Positions 40,958 through 43,482 of a stretch of DNA of 43,482 nucleotides are shown here, piece after piece. Positions within the stretch are counted from its first letter, which is position 1; every line of letters starts with the position of its first letter. A program made the position numbers and the translations under genes. The stretch is from Candidatus Woesearchaeota archaeon (GTDB lineage Archaea > Nanobdellota > Nanobdellia > Pacearchaeales > GW2011-AR1): NCBI GenBank assembly GCA_964470085.1, contig CAYXZJ010000003.1, forward strand, positions 1 through 43,482. The letters are read 5' to 3'. The notes under the pieces were generated by a model. The model did not search any database. It worked only from the letters and a program-made list of their open reading frames with translations, and was not told the origin of the DNA.

Positions 40958-42118
40958 ATGAAGCGATATTTCACATCAGAATCTGTTGGAATTGGACATC
41001 CAGATAAAATAGCAGACGCAATTAGTGATTCAATATTAGATGAATGTTTAAAACAAGACAAAGAATCCAGAGTTGCCGTAGAAACACTTGTAACAGAACA
41101 AAAAGTTGTTGTTGCTGGAGAAATAACTACAAGCGCAAAAATAAATTACGAAGAAATTGTTAGAAATACTATAAAAGAAATTGGGTATACCAATGAAAAT
41201 ATTGGATTTGATTACAAAAATGTAAATGTAGAAATATTATTACATGCTCAGTCTCCAGATATAAGTCAAGGAGTAACAGAAGGAGTTGGATTATTTACCG
41301 AACAAGGAGCTGGAGATCAAGGAATAATGTTTGGATTTGCAACAAACGAAACTAGAGATTATATGCCCTTAGCAATTGATTTAGCAAATGCAATCGTTAA
41401 AAAAGCAAAAGAAGTAAGAGAAAAAAAAGAAATAGACTATTTGTTTCCAGATTGTAAAAGCCAAGTAACATTACTTTATGAAGATAACATAATTCAATCT
41501 ATTGACACAATTGTATTTTCTACTCATCACAAAGAAAATATAGAACTAGAACAAATTAGAAAAGATTGCATTGAAAAAATAATTTTACCAACCTGTAAAG
41601 AATATATAAACGATAAAACAAGAATATTAATTAATCCAACAGGACGATTTGTAATTGGTGGACCAATGGGAGACACCGGATTAACCGGACGAAAAATAAT
41701 AGTTGATACTTACGGAGGATATGCAAGACACGGAGGTGGAGCATTTTCAGGAAAAGACCCATCAAAGGTCGATAGAAGTGCGGCATACACATGTAGATGG
41801 ATTGCAAAAAACATAGTAGCTGCAAAATTATGTGACAAATGTGAAATTCAGTTATCGTATGCAATTGGTTATCCACAACCAATAAGTATATTTGTAGAAA
41901 CTTTTAAGACAAATAAAATTCCAGAAGAAAAAATAATAGAAATTATAAAAAATGTATTTGATTTAACTCCAAAAGGAATAATAAATTCATTAAACCTAAA
42001 AAATCCTATCTACAGAAAAACAACATTTGCAGGACATTTCGGACAAGAACCATTCGATAATTATTTCCCATGGGAGAAAATAAATAAAGTTGACAAAATT
42101 AAAAAACTAATTAATTAA
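40958..42118 (+). CDS. metK: S-adenosylmethionine synthetase, bacterial/eukaryotic MetK type
   Basis: MKRYFTSESVGIGHPDKIADAISDSILD, GAGDQGIMFGFA, TGRKIIVDTYGG and GGGAFSGKDPSKVDRSAAY. The track ORF begins 33 codons upstream in AT-rich intergenic sequence; the ATG at 40958 fits MetK N-termini. Confidence 0.95.
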   Translation: MKRYFTSESVGIGHPDKIADAISDSILDECLKQDKESRVAVETLVTEQKVVVAGEITTSAKINYEEIVRNTIKEIGYTNENIGFDYKNVNVEILLHAQSPDISQGVTEGVGLFTEQGAGDQGIMFGFATNETRDYMPLAIDLANAIVKKAKEVREKKEIDYLFPDCKSQVTLLYEDNIIQSIDTIVFSTHHKENIELEQIRKDCIEKIILPTCKEYINDKTRILINPTGRFVIGGPMGDTGLTGRKIIVDTYGGYARHGGGAFSGKDPSKVDRSAAYTCRWIAKNIVAAKLCDKCEIQLSYAIGYPQPISIFVETFKTNKIPEEKIIEIIKNVFDLTPKGIINSLNLKNPIYRKTTFAGHFGQEPFDNYFPWEKINKVDKIKKLIN

Positions 42119-43157
42119 TTTTTTTACCTGTTAAAATATTTTTTTTACCAAGTAAACAACTATCATAGTCTGAAGGAAATGCTATCATTGGACGAACAAA
42201 TTTTGCTTTTCCAAATCCTAAATCATAATCTTTACAATTCATATGTATAGGCCTAATCATATCAGCTTTATAGTTTGGTTCACCAACCGAATAAGACAAT
42301 ACAGATAACGGTGATTGATTAATACTTAAATCATGTACAGCAGTCATTACTCTTTTTTCAGGCATACCTTTTTCGTTAAAGTTATCAAATCTATTTGGAA
42401 ATATATAATTACCAAATCTATACACTCTATCTTCTTTATTCATCCAACCTATTTCTGGAGCCTCAATAATTGATCTCATAAAATCAAATCCATTATGTAA
42501 ACTAAGGTATAAACCCCCACTATTACAAAATTTCAAAGATGTTTCTGACGGATTAAATCCAAGATGAAGTGAAGACACTGGAACAACTATGGGGCTATTA
42601 ACTTTAGGAATAAGCTTACATTCATTAATCAATTCATGATACAACTGAGAATAAGTGTCCTTATTTTTCCAATAGTTACCGGGATTAAAATCTAGACTAC
42701 GAATAACAACAGCATTATCAACAGATAATCCTTCTAATCCTTTTGAAGATTCTCTAAAAATTGTTTTAAAATCAGAAGGATTTATCATTCTAAATGAATA
42801 TCCATTTTCATTACAATATTCTCTTAAAACATCATTCAATAAAACATTTGCATAAATTCCAGAACAACACAAAACAGGAGTTCCATCTTTTCCATAATCT
42901 AACCCTATTTTTTCATCCAACGTACCAGATAAATTACAATTATATTTACCATTTACAGGATCAGAGATTAAATTTCGTATTCTTTTTCCTCTATAATCAT
43001 CATGAATATTTATTGGGTTTCCACCACAAGTGACCTTAGTCCCATATGGTTTATAATCATCAACATTTGCAATAGATTTAGCCTTTTTAGAATAAAGATT
43101 ATAAATTTCCTCAGCCAATTGTCCCTGTATAAAACCATATTGTTCTTCTTTTATCAT
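42111..43157 (-). CDS. Uncharacterised protein, paralog family member P4 (longest, with N- and C-terminal extensions)
   Basis: Blocks shared with P1 and P2: EIYNLYSKKA; VLCCSGIYANVLLNDVL; FRMINPSDFKTIF; DNAVVIRSL; YSQLYHELINECK; SPIVVPVSSLHL; NEKGMPEKRVMTAVHDLSINQSPLSVLSYSV. Confidence 0.55.
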   Translation of the reverse strand: MIKEEQYGFIQGQLAEEIYNLYSKKAKSIANVDDYKPYGTKVTCGGNPINIHDDYRGKRIRNLISDPVNGKYNCNLSGTLDEKIGLDYGKDGTPVLCCSGIYANVLLNDVLREYCNENGYSFRMINPSDFKTIFRESSKGLEGLSVDNAVVIRSLDFNPGNYWKNKDTYSQLYHELINECKLIPKVNSPIVVPVSSLHLGFNPSETSLKFCNSGGLYLSLHNGFDFMRSIIEAPEIGWMNKEDRVYRFGNYIFPNRFDNFNEKGMPEKRVMTAVHDLSINQSPLSVLSYSVGEPNYKADMIRPIHMNCKDYDLGFGKAKFVRPMIAFPSDYDSCLLGKKNILTGKKIN

Positions 43158-43284
43158 ACCAAGAAGAGTTTTTTAATGCTTATAAAGCTTTTGTTTTGTT
43201 GTTATTTGTAAGTGACAAACATATTGTTTTTAATAAAAATAAAAACATATTTAAAAGATAAAGCAATAATCAAATCATACTTCT

Positions 43285-43482
43285 ATGGTTGATAAAATCG
43301 AAATCCGTGGCGCAAGAGAACATAATTTGAAAAACATAGATTTATCCATCCCAAAAAACAAACTCGTCGTATTTACAGGATTATCAGGTTCCGGTAAATC
43401 TACGCTTGCATTTGATACACTATATGCCGAAGGACAGAGAAGATATGTAGAAAGTTTAAGTTCATACGCAAGGCAATTTCTA
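43285..43482 (+). CDS. uvrA: Excinuclease ABC subunit UvrA, N-terminal fragment (runs off the window)
   Basis: Translation from the ATG at 43285 gives [66 protein letters not shown], a canonical UvrA N-terminus with Walker A. Confidence 0.9.
   Translation, partial: MVDKIEIRGAREHNLKNIDLSIPKNKLVVFTGLSGSGKSTLAFDTLYAEGQRRYVESLSSYARQFL

Noticed and set aside
1-43482. Search for CRISPR arrays, tRNA, rRNA, C/D-box sRNAs, transposases and integrases
   Set aside because: I saw no regularly spaced direct repeats, no GC-rich cloverleaf-sized islands in the intergenic regions, and no RUGAUGA...CUGA pairs in the larger gaps (4748..5133, 29772..29997). I also saw no DDE or tyrosine-recombinase-like ORFs. 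This absence is judged by eye, so small RNAs could have been missed.

Overview
The window is a visibly AT-rich, gene-dense stretch of an archaeal chromosome, with about 48 genes in 43.5 kb. I did not compute GC content.

Archaeal identity rests on these genes:
- EF-1alpha and EF-2
- class I LysRS and archaeal-type AspRS
- RNase P proteins Pop5 and Rpp30
- deoxyhypusine synthase, TrmY and Elp3
- class III (type IV pilin-like) signal peptides

Bacterial-type MetK, UvrA and DUF333 proteins, strong Shine-Dalgarno use, a form II/III RuBisCO and a very small [FeFe]-hydrogenase homolog make a DPANN-like lineage (Woese-, Pace- or Nanoarchaeota-like) the most likely source. That assignment is inference.

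I found no rRNA, tRNA, CRISPR array, transposase or integrase.

Regions most worth follow-up:
1. 22013..25309: a radical SAM/SPASM gene followed on the same strand by three divergent paralogs of a protein family I cannot place. A fourth paralog lies at 42111..43157. Cys-rich secreted proteins and a subtilase are transcribed divergently from the radical SAM gene.
2. 5134..8958: an ATGA-coupled operon of 2-oxoacid:ferredoxin oxidoreductase, a histidine phosphatase and a minimal H-domain-only [FeFe]-hydrogenase homolog with non-canonical active-site motifs.
3. 36967..40331: an Elp3 / orphan AcdB-like ATP-grasp / Trm9-like methyltransferase / Cas4-like nuclease operon.
4. 32798..35486: a decarboxylase, deoxyhypusine synthase and agmatinase cluster.
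5. 40323..42118: an HTH-CBS regulator divergent from metK, with a perfect 10-bp inverted repeat between them.
6. 2016..4747 and 18125..22074: pilin-like and surface-protein genes with adhesion-type domains.

All homology calls come from by-eye motif recognition. No database search was run.
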